Source: Octopus bimaculoides (taxonomy: Eukaryota). From it: a stretch of DNA of 64,000 nucleotides. How positions within the stretch are numbered: position 1 is the stretch's first letter; each line of letters starts with the position of its first letter. Shown here piece after piece: positions 12,915 through 26,810 of this stretch. The stretch covers positions 162,645,780 through 162,709,779 of the forward strand of contig NC_068983.1 in NCBI RefSeq assembly GCF_001194135.2, read 5' to 3'. Both the position numbers and the translations under genes were made by a program. The notes beneath the pieces were generated by a model. That model saw nothing but the letters and a program-made list of their open reading frames with translations. It was not told the DNA's origin and searched no databases.

Positions 12915-13373
12915 CTTTTACTTTTGTCAGTCATTAGACTGCGGCCATGCTGGGGTACCACATTGAAGAACTTTTAGTTGAATGAATAGACCCCAGTACG
13001 TATTTTTTTTAAAGCCTGGTACTTATTCTATCGGTGTCTTTTGCCGAACCGCCATATTACTGGGACATGAACACACTAACGCCGGTTGTCAAGCGGTGGT
13101 GGGGGGAAAAACACAGCCACAAAGACATGCACTCACTCACACATATACNNNNNNNNNNNNNNNNNNATATATATATATATATATATATATATACGATGAG
13201 CTTCTTCCAGTTTCCGTCTATCGTATCCACTCACAAAAGCTTTGGTCGGCCCGAGGTTATAGTGGAAGACACTTGCCACGCAGTGGGACTGAACTCGGAA
13301 CCATGTGGTTGGGAATCAAACTTCTTACCACACAGCGACCCCTACACCTATTCCACACAGCGACGCCTGCACC
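12915..13373 (-). mobile_element. Bipartite SINE family A with the gap (N 13149-13166) inside its internal microsatellite
   Basis: Both halves recognisable on either side of (CA)/(TA) and the N-run. Confidence 0.9.
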
Positions 13374-13958
13374 TAAATTTAAATATTATTTGTACAGAAC
13401 TAAAGTATTTTTCATGAGTGAAATTAAACAAGTTATGTGAAAATAGAAATGAAACTTCAAATAAGTTATTTTTAATACTGACTGATTGCTATTTATAGCA
13501 CAGCTCGTTCTTCTATCCAGCTTCTCACAAATATCGTTAGCATAGTTTCTATTTCACTGCATTTCGTAACCCGACGATAACTTCACAACAGGTTAAACAA
13601 AAAGAATGAAAAGACATTAGTCGACAACACAAATATATTTTTATATAAAATATCTTCAAAAATAATATCAACAACAACAGAAACGAAAGAGATTACGTCA
13701 GGGAATCTATATTAATAGCAAAAATATTAACTTAACACGCAGATATAAGCAGCACTTCGATAGTAAGAAATATCAGTTACCAAAGCTGGTTATTTATGAG
13801 GTTGGGAAGAATTAGAAATTATGAAACCCATTTAGAATCTCAACATTTTTCTAAAAGAAAAATATGCTGTCAGCGCTCATCTACAATCAAATTCTCAATT
13901 TATTTTATTTTCCCAGTGTTATTTGAAAATTTCAGTGTAGTAAATTAGCTATATACTA

Positions 13959-14352
13959 CAGGATAGCCATAAAGTCACGCACCGTCATGCAATATGTGAA
14001 ATTGCTAACATTCTGGGGCTACGCGAGCCAATTGAATGGACACGACGGTCATCAGACTTAACTAGACTTAACTCCCATGGACTTTTTCTTCTGGGGCTAC
14101 ATTAAACCCCTTGTGTATTCTGAAAAGGTTCGTGACCAAGGACTTCTTCTTCAAAGAATTGTTGAAGCGTGTGATCAAGTCAACGGCAAGGAACAGCTAT
14201 TTGAGAGGGTTCATCACAATTCCAAATTCCGTATGAGCATTCGTTTAGAGCTACATGGCCAACGCTTTGAATATTTCTAATGGATTACCTACTTCGTTGC
14301 TAATAAAGCATACTTGATTTTTCCCGTGGTGCATGACTTCATGACCATCCTG
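13959..14352 (+). mobile_element. Internally deleted Tc1/mariner-superfamily element with both TIRs and TA TSD
   Basis: 25-bp TIRs CAGGATAGCCATAAAGTCACGCACC / GGTGCATGACTTCATGACCATCCTG, TA on both sides; encodes WTRRSSDL..PMDFFFWGYIKPLVY..HGQRFEYF (WPxRSPDLxPxDFFLWGY-type C-terminus). Confidence 0.9.
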
Positions 14353-14469
14353 TAAAGTGCTACTACAGTGTTAGTAAGCAAAGGTGAAGGTTATATTTCC
14401 ACTAACGACCGTTACTTATTATGTCCAGTCACTAATCGTGAGTATGATTGTTCATAGCTTTGGCACGAC

Positions 14470-14850
14470 TTGATAAGCTTTCTCCATACTGATCAGTTTT
14501 TCACTTGGGTTTACCATTTTTTTTATAATCAACTTCTTTCCACTTCATATTTCTTTTTTGCAGCATCTTTGAATTTCACTCTACGTCTTCCATGGTTTCT
14601 TTTCCCCTTTGCATAGTCAGGAGAAAAGGATTTTTCCGGGTAGTCTGTTGTTGTCCATCCTGTGTCCATGTTCGACCCAACATAAATTTCTATCAATGAG
14701 GATTTCCATCACAGGAGAGAAACCAGCACTCCATAAGATCGCTTTACTCCTGATCTTGTCAGAGAGTGATATTCATAACGCGTTACGTTGTCTCATCATA
14801 TGTGCATATAACTTGTCTACAGACGACTGTAAAGTAATAAAAACATATGC
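14470..14850 (-). mobile_element. RTE-clade LINE 3' fragment, decayed
   Basis: Hand translation DKIRSKAILWSAG..LCWVEHGHRMDNNRLPGKILFS*LCKGKRNHGRRRVKFKD matches the RTE C-terminal WxGHVxRMxxxRLP...GKRxxGRP pattern. Confidence 0.75.
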
Positions 14851-15367
14851 AGTTGTCTCCCGTTGATCGCTCTTCTTGAGCGTAAATATCGTTGGTTAAT
14901 CCGTTATATTTCCCAATGACTTTGTTTAATCCCATTGTCGGTAATTCTGGGGTTTAAAAAGGTGAAATCCAGTTCTGTTTTACCGAAATATAAAGCCAGT
15001 AACTTATGTGTATTGAACGTTTTATGATTGCGTCAAAATATCGGGTGACAGACTCCCAACAAAAAATGCAGTGTTAACGAATGGCAAACAAGGGATATCA
15101 AAGTGTTCCCTTGATACTCAACTAGAGCTAATAAACCGGAAATAACCACCAGAATGGAGCTGAATATAAAAGATTAATAAAGGAAGAGGAAACATCCAGA
15201 ATATAACTACAGCATAAATGTAGTTTCAATAACAAGCGCGCGTGCACACACATACACACACACACAAGCTCACACGCACAAGCACACACACATACAGACA
15301 TATACACATGTATATATACATACGCACATATATGTATATATACATACATATATAGAGATATATATGC

Positions 15368-15434
<67 letters not shown>

Positions 15435-15591
15435 CACATGCATATATAGATATGCGTTCACGCATACATGCATACACATACACACACACACTAGAACGTA
15501 TACACATATATATACACTTATAGAAGATACATTTAGGAATAAATTACTATCAATGTGTATGCGTGTGTGTAAATACACACACTACACACAC

Positions 15592-15650
<59 letters not shown>

Positions 15651-18042
15651 AAAAAAACAATAACAAAAAAACAAAAAAACAACAAAGTGAGGACGTGATA
15701 TGGATAGTATTATTGGACGCTCAGGAAAGGAAAGAGAGAGTGCATATATATATACATACACATACATACATATACTATTTTGAAACAAAATTCTACACAC
15801 ACAAACATATAAGTATGAAATATATATACATATATGCATACATACACACACACACGTACACACACGTACACACGCACACACACACACATACACGCTCACA
15901 CACACCCTACACACAAGTATGATTGCCTTTTTCGAATGCACATTCATACCTAATGAGTCCCTTTCAGTTTAAGACCTTACAAGCATCACATGAGAAAAAG
16001 CAACCAAGCCACATAACGTCTGTGTATGTGTGTGTGTGCATATATATATATATATATATATANNNNNNNNNNNNNNNNNNNNNNNNNNNNNNNNNNNNNN
16101 NNNNNNNNNNNNNNNNNNNNNNNNNNNNNNNNNNNNNNNNNNNNNNNNNNNNNNNNNNNNNNNNNNNNNNNNNNNNNNNNNNNNNNNNNNNNNNNNNNNN
16201 NNNNNNNNNNNNNNNNNNNNNNNNNNNNNNNNNNNNNNNNNNNNNNNNNNNNNNNNNNNNNNNNNNNNNNNNNNNNNNNNNNNNNNNNNNNNNNNNNNNN
16301 NNNNNNNNNNNNNNNNNNNNNNNNNNNNNNNNNNNNNNNNNNNNNNNNNNNNNNNNNNNNNNNNNNNNNNNNNNNNNNNNNNNNNNNNNNNNNNNNNNNN
16401 NNNNNNNNNNNNNNNNNNNNNNNNNNNNNNNNNNNNNNNNNNNNNNNNNNNNNNNNNNNNNNNNNNNNNNNNNNNNNNNNNNNNNNNNNNNNNNNNNNNN
16501 NNNNNNNNNNNNNNNNNNNNNNNNNNNNNNNNNNNNNNNNNNNNNNNNNNNNNNNNNNNNNNNNNNNNNNNNNNNNNNNNNNNNNNNNNNNNNNNNNNNN
16601 NNNNNNNNNNACACACACACACACACACACACACACACGTACACACATACACACGCATGCACCCCGACACGCACACTCACACACATGAAAACAGAGCCGG
16701 GGAGATCGGCATAAAAAACGAACTCACAATACAAAGTGTAGCCTGAGACTAAATTATTTTCATTAAGAAATATTGAGAAGGAAGAATGGTATTATGGATG
16801 TTCTTCAAAGTTTACAGAGTTGAATGCCTCTGTTTGTGAGTTCTAATCTATCCAAATATGGCTAGGTTTGTGTCTCCGTATCCTGATTTTTTTTACTATC
16901 ATATATTAGTCAGTTTAGTACTATATAACTGGGCAGTCTAGTATTATATACCAGTTAGTCTAATAATATATGTCTTTAAAGCCTGTATTAAAGTTCAACG
17001 CTTGAATGTATTTTAGTTGTTTAATCAAGAGGAATTGATTGAGCTCATTAGGTTAATTAGATGGTTAGGGTTGAGTTCATTATGAGCTTTTGTAGGTTTC
17101 TATCTGTCGGTAATTATCTGCTGGAAAAAGGTAGGAGGAGATGGTCATTTTGTGGGGAATCGGGACTGGAATATGTTTTTTTGTGTAGGTATTGGGGAAT
17201 GATGGAATATAGTAGTGAGGAACCAGAGAAGAAGGGACATGTATAGAGTGGTGTGCGACTTGATAGTTCAGCTGCGAAGTTGTTGTCGTAGTGATGTGAG
17301 GAGTCAGAACACCTAGGGACCAACGAAATTAAATCAAAAACCAGAAAACCATATACCATAAATTTATCCACAAGACTCAAGAGCCAGTATGGACTAAACA
17401 ATACCAAATTGCCGTAGAAAATGGAAATATATTTGACAGTAAAATGACCTGAGATACATAGAATTAAGTGTTCTGGCCAGTGATACAAAGAAATTGTTGC
17501 AGAGAATGTAGAGCCATGCTTAATAAATAGGTAATATACCTTACCCAATAAGCTATTTTGAATCTTTATATCTGCCATATCGCCATAAAATGTTGATCTT
17601 TTATTCGCCGATGTTAGCAGTTATCTGCAGAATATGTTAAATCATCTGATTGTTGTCCGCTTCCAACAAAAGTTGTGTGACAGTTTTCACATTTGAAATG
17701 CTTCATTCTCCTGAAAATATCTGAAAAACCGATGCAGTTCAATTCAGAATTGCCAAAAACTTTTATTTTACGCTGTCTTTGTAGTAATTTCATTTTATAT
17801 GTCTGTTTAAGTAAGACTCATTCCAAAGCACGGTGCCGAAACACGGTAAAATACATGAAACTTTAATAAGTCAAAATCAAGTTATTAGAAAGTCTCACTT
17901 CAACAGAACATGAATATTAGATCATGGACACTAGAGTAATTAGCTAAATGTACTAATTACCATAATAAAAAACTAGATAACTTAATGTACTAATTAAACA
18001 CAACCCAAGTATCTTAACTTTTATCATTTCATTAGCTTTAAA

Positions 18043-18255
18043 GCAGTGAACTGGCAGAATCCTTAGGGTGTCAGAGAAAACGTTTTGCAATATTTCTTCT
18101 AATTCATTAGGTTCTGAGTTCAAATGCCGCTGGAGTCAACTTTGCGTTTCTTCCTTTCAGGGTCTATATAAACACAATACCAAATACTAGAGGTTATGTT
18201 ATGAATTAAACCACTCCTTCCAAAATTACTACCCTTTTCCTAAATCAGAATCCAT
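18043..18255 (+). mobile_element. SINE family B, old copy
   Basis: GAACTGGCAGAATCCTTAG...GTTCTGAGTTCAAATGCCGCTGGAGTCAACTTTG. Confidence 0.7.
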
Positions 18256-18803
18256 TATTTCGCTAGTTTCACTTTTATGGTGTATTGTCATTGTACAAGC
18301 GAGCTCTGTTTACTTTGGGCATGCTCAATGACATAATTTTGTACTGAAATATTCTCTGTAATAAATGTCATTGTTTAGCATCAACCATTTACCTTTGTAC
18401 AACCACGTCTGAAATTCTCTTTCTCCCAGGCGTCCACTTGCTTCTGTTGAAAATAAGCCCCAACTGCGGTGATGTGTTTAGTGTCGAAAGGCATATAAAA
18501 ATCATGGACTCAAACCAGCCAATTGACATAAATTAAAGAAAATAACATTTTATTATCCTATTTGCTGTCAAAGTTTTATATTTACAGAAAGATGATCCGG
18601 TGATCCGGTAATACAAAATTTGTAGCTCCGGCCATACAAAATTTGCCTAAAAAAACTCTGCCCAATCCAACTTTGGAATTGGGTCTCGAAGCTTAATGCT
18701 ATATATTGGGTTGGAAAACATCTTTGGATATGAAAAGTCGAAGGCTGCTCATGGAATATGAACCCACGTCTCCTGTATATATATATATATATANNNNNNN
18801 NNN

Positions 18804-18839
<36 letters not shown>

Positions 18840-19489
18840 AAACAGTGGCACAACAAGGTACTAATTTTCGCTAGAAATAGCAGTCGATAACCGTTCGACG
18901 CTACGTAAAGCATTATTTCGCTGGAAAATAATATTATTTCATTGTAATAATAATAATAATAATAAATATATATATATGTATGTATATGTAGATAAACAGA
19001 CAGATCTGTTGTATACACATAAATGTAAAGGATGTTCATCATATACACTGACAGCGGTTCCTTTTCTTACAACTTCCTGCAAAACCTTAGAGGTACCAAT
19101 AGTAGTTTCCCTTTAACATATAACTTATAATTTGCATATAACACCATTATGCAGATTATCTCGTCAGGCGCTCAGTTGTAAGCCTAACACTTTACCAGCT
19201 TGTGGTTTTCATTTTATTTATATTTCTGTAGGAATGAAAAGTCTATAGAATTTTGATGACTCATTCGTACAGTTGTTGTGAATCAATAATTATTTTCGTA
19301 ATAGCGACAAAACATATTCTTGTGAACGTCTTTAAATGTTTATGGTATTCACGTCATTAGAAAGCCGGTGCATATTTAGCCAGACACTTCTAATGAACAC
19401 ATCTCCATAGAAACACAAAAATATTTCCGCAAGAATTCACCGAGATATAGAATTCAATAACAGTAATTATTAATTGAGACACAAGGTTA

Positions 19490-19670
19490 GCAATTTTAAA
19501 GGGAGGGGTTTAATCGATACTTCGCTGGTTCTTCATTTTATCGACCCTGTAAAAAAAAAATGAAAGGCAAAGTTGACGCTGGCAGGATATGAATCCCGAG
19601 CGTAAAGAATCGCTACAAGGCATATTCTTCGATGTTCTAATGATTCAAACAGCTAGCCAATAATGATTTC
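19490..19670 (-). mobile_element. SINE family B, old copy
   Basis: TTTTATCGACCC...TGAAAGGCAAAGTTGAC on the reverse strand. Confidence 0.65.
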
Positions 19671-20569
19671 ATATTTTGGCACAAGGCCAGCAAGCTCTGG
19701 GGAGAGCTGTTTATCGTGATATAAGATCACCATGTCGCACACATATGGTTGCGATGCATGTGCCTGGTGTACCCTTATCAGACGGGTAGTCATGATGGGT
19801 ATACTGGGCTTATATTTGACCTCAATGTCACTTTGATGGCATGCATTGCTCTCTCACTCTATAATAATAATAATAATTTCAAGGTACGCCAGCCTACTCC
19901 GCGACTTCTTTCTAGCTTTGCTCTTTCATGACATTCAATAAGTGTATCGTACTCTTCCTTTGTCCACTTATGTCTGTTTTTGCGCATACCGAGTATGTTA
20001 TCTGTTGTGATATAACGACCGTCCGTTTCAGGTCAAAACACAAAGCGTGAAGAAATGTGTAGATTACTGTTAAAAGGTATGAGTTAGTCTTATGAGGGAT
20101 GAGTACAATCAATGGAATCATGTACCTAGAATATTGAATATTACTGGTATGTGCTTTAGTAAAAGAGGAAAGTTGGTCTTTATGAAATTTTGATTGAAAA
20201 GTTTTAAACACGGAGTTATGGACAGTCCTTAAGTGCAATACTTCATCTAATTTGCTACATTTTTCGCAGTGTTGGGAGAACGTATTTTATGACCATAAGC
20301 ATCATGAAGTACATATTTTATTAGTTTAGTCCGGCAGTAATTAGCATAATTAAAAAAAAACAACAAATAGCGTAAGCCAAAGGAATGATTTCAAGTGAGC
20401 CAATAGCATGAAGTTAAATTAAAGGGTGATCTATTGAATGTCGAGTGTAAAATATTTTTATCAAATTGAAATTTTCCTAAATTTCATCGATGTATTATTA
20501 CATTATTTCTATTGCTTGCTGCCGGATATCACGTTATCAACTTGCAAGGAAAATGGCCTAAATGATGTG

Positions 20570-20724
20570 AGAGAGAGAGGGAGATAGAGAGATAGATAAG
20601 GAGGGAGGGAGGGAGGGAGAAAGAGCGAATAAGGTAGGACGATGAAGGACATTGAGAATTAAGAAGGAACCGAGAGTGTAATTGAGAGTGATAAGTGCGG
20701 AGTGTGAGGCCGTGAGATATAAGC

Positions 20725-20796
<72 letters not shown>

Positions 20797-21087
20797 GAGA
20801 GAGAGGGAGAGATGAGGATCACAGAAAGAAAGGGGGAAAAAGAGAACTAATAAAATAGAGAAAAATGTAAAGAGGGGCAGTGATAGAGGAACGCAGGAAG
20901 GAAGGTAGATAGACGAAAAGAAAGAAAGAATAGGGATTAGAGAGACAAAATGAGAGAGAGAGAGAGAGTGAGTGAGTGAGAGAGAGAGCAAGAACGTGAG
21001 AGAGAGAGAGAGTGAGCAAGAAAGTGAGAGAGAGAGAGAGTGAGCAAGAAAGAGAGAGAGAGAGAGCAAGAAAGAGAGAGAGAGAGC

Positions 21088-21184
<97 letters not shown>

Positions 21185-21190
21185 CGAGGT
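20570..21190. repeat. (GA)n-rich polypurine tracts
   Basis: Directly visible (GA)n with GAGCAAGAAA variant units. Confidence 0.95.
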
Positions 21191-21602
21191 ATATGGAAAT
21201 ACGATAATGAAGTGAGTGAAAAGATAAAAGAAAAATAGATGAGAAATAGATCTTGAAAATGGTTGATGAAAATAGAATGCCAAAAAGGAACAATGTTTAG
21301 ATTTAAGAGTGAAAGTATTATCGAAGAATACGTTGTGATATCTGATATCAGTATATTGTGATAAACAATATAGGAAAGATGTATGAACAACTTGAGTCAG
21401 CCAAAATGGCGGCATTTGGTGGATATCAGAAGCAGAGACACGCAAGGAAAAAATGCATTTTGTCTATCATTGAGTTGATTAGCATAAAAACAAACAGCAA
21501 TTTATCAGCAAATAAAATGAAATAGAATCGCAGTTCAATAAAAATCGGGAAATAATGAAACAGACGCCTCTCCCCCAATAACAAGGATTAGGAGGGAGGG
21601 AA

Positions 21603-21634
<32 letters not shown>

Positions 21635-22198
21635 AAGAGTAAGAAGAATTTACATTGATGAATAGTTTTATATTGAACTACGAACTAAATATCGTTATTA
21701 ATTACAATTGTTTAAAAAGTGATCNNNNNNNNNNNNNNNNNNNNNNNNNNNNNNNNNNNNNNNNNNNNNNNNNNNNNNNNNNNNNNNNNNNNNNNNNNNN
21801 NNNNNNNNNNNNNNNNNNNNNNNNNNNNNNNNNNNNNNNNNNNNNNNNNNNNNNNNNNNNNNNNNNNNNNNNNNNNNNNNNNNNNNNNNNNNNNNNNNNN
21901 NNNNNNNNNNNNNNNNNNNNNNNNNNNNNNNNNNNNNNNNNNNNNNNNNNNNNNNNNNNNNNNNNNNNNNNNNNNNNNNNNNNNNNNNNNNNNNNNNNNN
22001 NNNNNNNNNNNNNNNNNNNNNNNNNNNNNNNNNNNNNNNNNNNNNNNNNNNNNNNNNNNNNNNNNNNNNNNNNNNNNNNNNNNNNNNNNNNNNNNNNNNN
22101 NNNNNNNNNNNNNNNNNNNNNNNNNNNNNNNNNNNNNNNNNNNNNNNNNNNNNNNNNNNNNNNNNNNNNNNNNNNNNNNNNNNNNNNNNNNNNNNNNN

Positions 22199-22253
<55 letters not shown>

Positions 22254-22449
22254 GCACACACACAGAGGAATGTATGTATGTATATGTATGTACGTATGTA
22301 TGTAGTTGTTTTCATAGTGTTTCTTATTTGCGCATCACTTAAAGCTAATCCGGAGGAGACACTGAAAAGTTGTCTCCGGATCACGTTTTGCACAGACGAA
22401 AAAAAAAGTGACAATATATGTAAAAAGGAAGATTTGGAATTTTTCCAGA

Positions 22450-23290
22450 TTTTTGCTAATTACATATTTGGGCAGTGTAGATTACATCAAAATACATTGC
22501 GTGAAGCCTTGGTATGCGAAGCAGAAGTCTTTGAGTGGTGCTGAAGACAACTTAAGTCAGCTTAAGCACGGAGATAAATCATTGCGAAATGTGAACATCC
22601 GGGGGAGTAGATTTCATGCAGACTCGTTGTCTCCGTTCCTTTTCATGATTGCCATGGTCCTTTGACTAATACGCTGAAAAGATATAGACCTGATTATGCG
22701 TTTGCTAAGAACAAGAGAAAACTAAATCATCTCCTGTGTATAGATGACCTTAAACCGTACTCTAGGAATGGAAGCTGTTGTGATTCTCTTTTTCAGACAA
22801 TAAGGATAACTAGGGAAGGATATTGGTTGGTAGTTTCGGGTGAAGAAGTGTGTGGGGCTGATTATGAAGAGAAGTAGAATGATTAAATTGGATGGCATAA
22901 GGATATATCACAGGTTGGTATGAGAATGGGGGACACAAGTGTCGAAAGGGGCTGCAGCATGATAAAGTACTGGAAAAAGAAATGAATAGCAGAAAACTTC
23001 CAAAGATTTCCACAGAAGCGTTATAGACGTGCTTTGAGCAAAAATTGAATGGAAGTTATATCAGAACAATCAATAAATGGGCCATGCCAGGGTGGAGATA
23101 CTCTGCTAATTTTTTTTTTAAAGAAGGCCAAAATAGAATTACTCGAATCGGTTAGAAGAACCAGGAAATACCCAATAAGATAACACCCTGACGGGCCCTA
23201 ATTACAGGTTTGTGAAACGTGGAAGATAACATCAATGCTGCAATTTTGGGTTTAGAAAACACTTGTGCATATGGAGGAAAGATTCGGGAA
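22450..23290 (+). mobile_element. R4/Dong-like non-LTR retrotransposon RT remnant (frameshifted)
   Basis: NVNIRGSRFHADSLSPFLFMIAM (GIFQGDSLSP-like), KLNHLLCIDDLKPY (YMDD-like) and KLNGSYIRTINKWAMP across frames. Confidence 0.8.
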
Positions 23291-23454
23291 CAAACCATTT
23301 GAGCGAATTTGATAACGACGAAGACTGATAGACCTCTGTCTGTCTATCTATCTATCTGTCTATCTATCTATCTGTCTATCTATCTATCTGTCTATCTATC
23401 TATCTAGTATTTGTCCCATCTTCGTTGAGCCCTGTGTGGCTAATAAAAGAAATG

Positions 23455-23518
<64 letters not shown>

Positions 23519-23539
23519 CATCTATCTGTCTATCTATCC

Positions 23540-23571
<32 letters not shown>

Positions 23572-24629
23572 GCCTGTCTGCCTGTCAGCCTGTCTGCCTG
23601 CCTGCCTGCCTGCCTGTCTGCCTGTCTATATATCTGTCCACCCGTCTGTCTGTCTGCCTGCCTGTCTGTCTAATTATCGTCACACATATTTGTATCTATT
23701 TAATTATGTATGAATATGCGTTTGTGAATATACGTAGAGATATATGGATGCATACATAAATGCATACATATATGTATGCAGGTATATATATATATATATT
23801 CAGACTGGAACGAACACGACACAATGAAATAGAGAAATTTGAAAAGACAACACGAAACCGGTTATTTCTCAAAATACAATGTTTATATACCAAAAAGATT
23901 TTATAACATTTTTCTAACATTTTTCTTACATTTTTCTGACATAATTTAAATATATACTTTAACCATGTAACACAAGCCTTCTGTAGTTTTTTCACTCTTA
24001 TTATCTTTTATATATATATATACATACATGCATACATACATATGTGTATGTGTACGAAGCTTGGTTCCGTAAGTGTTTTGTATATCGTCGTATTTAGTTG
24101 TATTTAGTTGTATGTATGTATGTGTATATATGTGTATACCGGTGTGTATATGTACAACATTCTAAACACACCAAATTTAAACATGATATCCCCATGCAAT
24201 TCCACCTCCAACATACTTAAGTAGCAACAACTACTTACCTAAAGACATAACAACAATGTATTTATTTTCCAATCATAACCTACACACAGAAATAAAGCCA
24301 GTTAATCTCAAATTCATAAAATCAAACAAAAACATTTTCTTCTAAATAATCGTTTCCACGTTCACAAGGTTCCCCACAGGAGGAATCGCCCCAAGACTTT
24401 CTTGTGGTATTATTTTATAAGATTTTTCTTAAGAGACATATTTCTAAAGAAAATTCCTGTCTTTGTACTTTATGGTTTTCATAATTATTTTCAATATGTT
24501 TTATATTGTTATTTGCCGTCCTTACAAGTGGAACCAATAATTGGTGTCAATGGTCTTCAGTGTGTCTCTATTAGATCCAACTGAATGATGTGCACGGAAG
24601 AAAGCTTTAAATGTCGTTTACCAGTCGTC

Positions 24630-24659
<30 letters not shown>

Positions 24660-24667
<8 letters not shown>

Positions 24668-25030
24668 ATCCTTCCAACCATCGTTACGTCGAATCATCCA
24701 TCCTTCAATTGATCCATTCATCCATACAACGATCCATCGAACTATCGATCATTCAATCGATCCAACTATCTCTCCAGTGATCGATCGATCGATCCCTCGA
24801 TCCCTCCATCGATCCATTCGTCTATCCAATGATCCATCGATCTATCGATCAATCGATTCATCATTCTATCGATCGATCTATCAGTCCATTCATCTGTCCA
24901 ACCATCCCTCCTTCCATCGATTCATCGACCGACCGATCGATCGATCAATCCATCGATTGATCCATCCATCGATCGAACCATCCGTCTTTTCATCGACCGG
25001 TTGATTCATCGATCGATCGAGCCATCGAGC
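24660..25030. repeat. Degenerate (ATCG/ATCC)n array
   Basis: Directly visible, many TCGA/GATC palindromes. Confidence 0.9.
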
Positions 25031-25627
25031 CATCTCGTAATACTTTTGAACAATTATCCTGATGGCGATGATGTTTTGCTCAGTGGATCCCAGAATAAAA
25101 TAAATATGTAGAAAATACCAACCGGAAAAAAAAACCCCATTTAGTTTAACTCACGGCTCAACTTAATTAATATTTATACCAACCATGAGAAAAAAAGTAA
25201 TGACACATTAGTTTCTAAATTTACATGGGATTTAAAAATAAAGATACTTATCATAACTTATAATGGCAGACACGTCCCTTTGCTAAATCTATCAATAGAA
25301 TATTCCAGTTTTATACAAGTGAAAATCTTGAAATCCTGTTTCCTAAATCACCATTTCTTAATGGATACTCTAAATGTAAAGCTTCTTGTCTGCATAGAGT
25401 ATTCAAAACCTTTCAATATTTTAAACCTTTGATATCAACTAATAGGGATAAACTCACAATTTCTCGTACTACAGCCAAAATTTCTTTAACCGTTACCAAT
25501 TCAGTTTAGCTAATCACTCTCATTTCTCGTATTACCTAAATGGTTGTGGTTATCCCTCTGATTCTCTCCTTCTCCTCATTCTCTCTCTCTCCACGCGCAC
25601 ACACACACACACACACACGCGCGCACG

Positions 25628-25707
<80 letters not shown>

Positions 25708-26269
25708 TGATGTTAAACTGATTATATTTTATTTATGGACTCACTTTGTAGCTCAAGAATATAACTAAATTAAACCTAAAATTTTTGAAGACATACATCC
25801 TACCTTTCATATCCCAAATTTAATCTAATCTTCACATAACCAATTGCTTCTCTATATTATCCCTCATCTCTAGAGAACACACGTTTATATTTCACATCAC
25901 TTACCATTCTTATAGACCTCTATCTTCTCATGCCTAATCACGTTAAAAGCATCAACTTTGAATTCTGATCTACCATTTAAAACATAGCCGTACACTCTCT
26001 TCTAACATTAAAGCAAATCTTTGATAAAGCAATACCATCTTACTACAATTTGATGACATTAATAGCACTTCTATTACATCTGTATATTCTCACCTCAAAA
26101 CATCAATTCTGATCTACAACATAATGTCCTTCCGGCTTCTCTGCACCAAATTGATTTAGTATACATACAGTCATACGATTGTTCTTTCCAACCAAATTAA
26201 TACTACCTTATAGCATGTTTCTATAAGGTTATAGGATTGGATTAATTTGGATGGAATCATTTACTTTAT

Positions 26270-26810
26270 CAATTACTACTATGCACGCCAGAAAGCCAAT
26301 TCCTTTGGACAGAGATTCAGCATGCGTAAAAGACACAAATAATCTATTTAATGTTATAATGGACCGCTTTGATGGAGCGGACATTCATGTTCTAATTTGA
26401 TTGTGTATCCTAGATAGCCTTAAATATAAGTGTAATACTTTAAACAAAGGCTTGTACAGAGATGACGGCTTAATTATTTCTAATAACATGCACAGATACA
26501 ATCTTGATAAAATACAGAAAAAAACCCTAATTCGTGCAATTAATGAACTGATGATTGAATATCACCGAAACCACTAACATAACGATAGTTAAATTCCTTA
26601 ATGTTACCGAACAGCTCAACACGTGTAAACACAACGAAAGGCCTATTTGCATCAACAAAACCTACCTCATCATTTTAAGAACCACGTCAGTAATGTAGAA
26701 TGTTCTTGAACATCTCAAACATAGAAACATTTGATAGAAGTAAAGACCGCTTCATTGATGCATTGGAGAAAGTGAATTTGGAACAAAAATTAAGTTTACC
26801 TCTAAAGCTA
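26270..26810 (+). mobile_element. Penelope-like element reverse transcriptase remnant
   Basis: MHARKPIPL..CVKDTNNLFNVIMDRFDGAD, KGLYRDDGLII (YRDD at 26455-26466), TNITIVKFLNVT, KHNERPICINK, SNIETFDRSKDRFIDALEK match PLE RT motifs (FDVTMGSxDGAE, GLYRDDGL, VNFLDVT); stops and frameshifts present. Confidence 0.85.

Noticed and set aside
17114-17578. 154-aa minus-strand ORF
   Set aside because: No recognisable domain; at most a faint resemblance to a decayed LINE tail.
18430-18468. 39-nt candidate micro-exon after CTCTTCTCCCAG (RPLASVENKPQLR)
   Set aside because: Weak donor (GTGATG), no homology and no supported neighbouring exon; needs RNA-seq.
19900-19990. Minus-strand RHKWTKEEYDTLIECHER, possibly an R4-like ORF N-terminus
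   Set aside because: Short and not supported by adjacent motifs.
26548-26580. CTGATGA...GAAA inside the Penelope-like RT
   Set aside because: Lies in coding sequence and lacks stems I and III; chance match.
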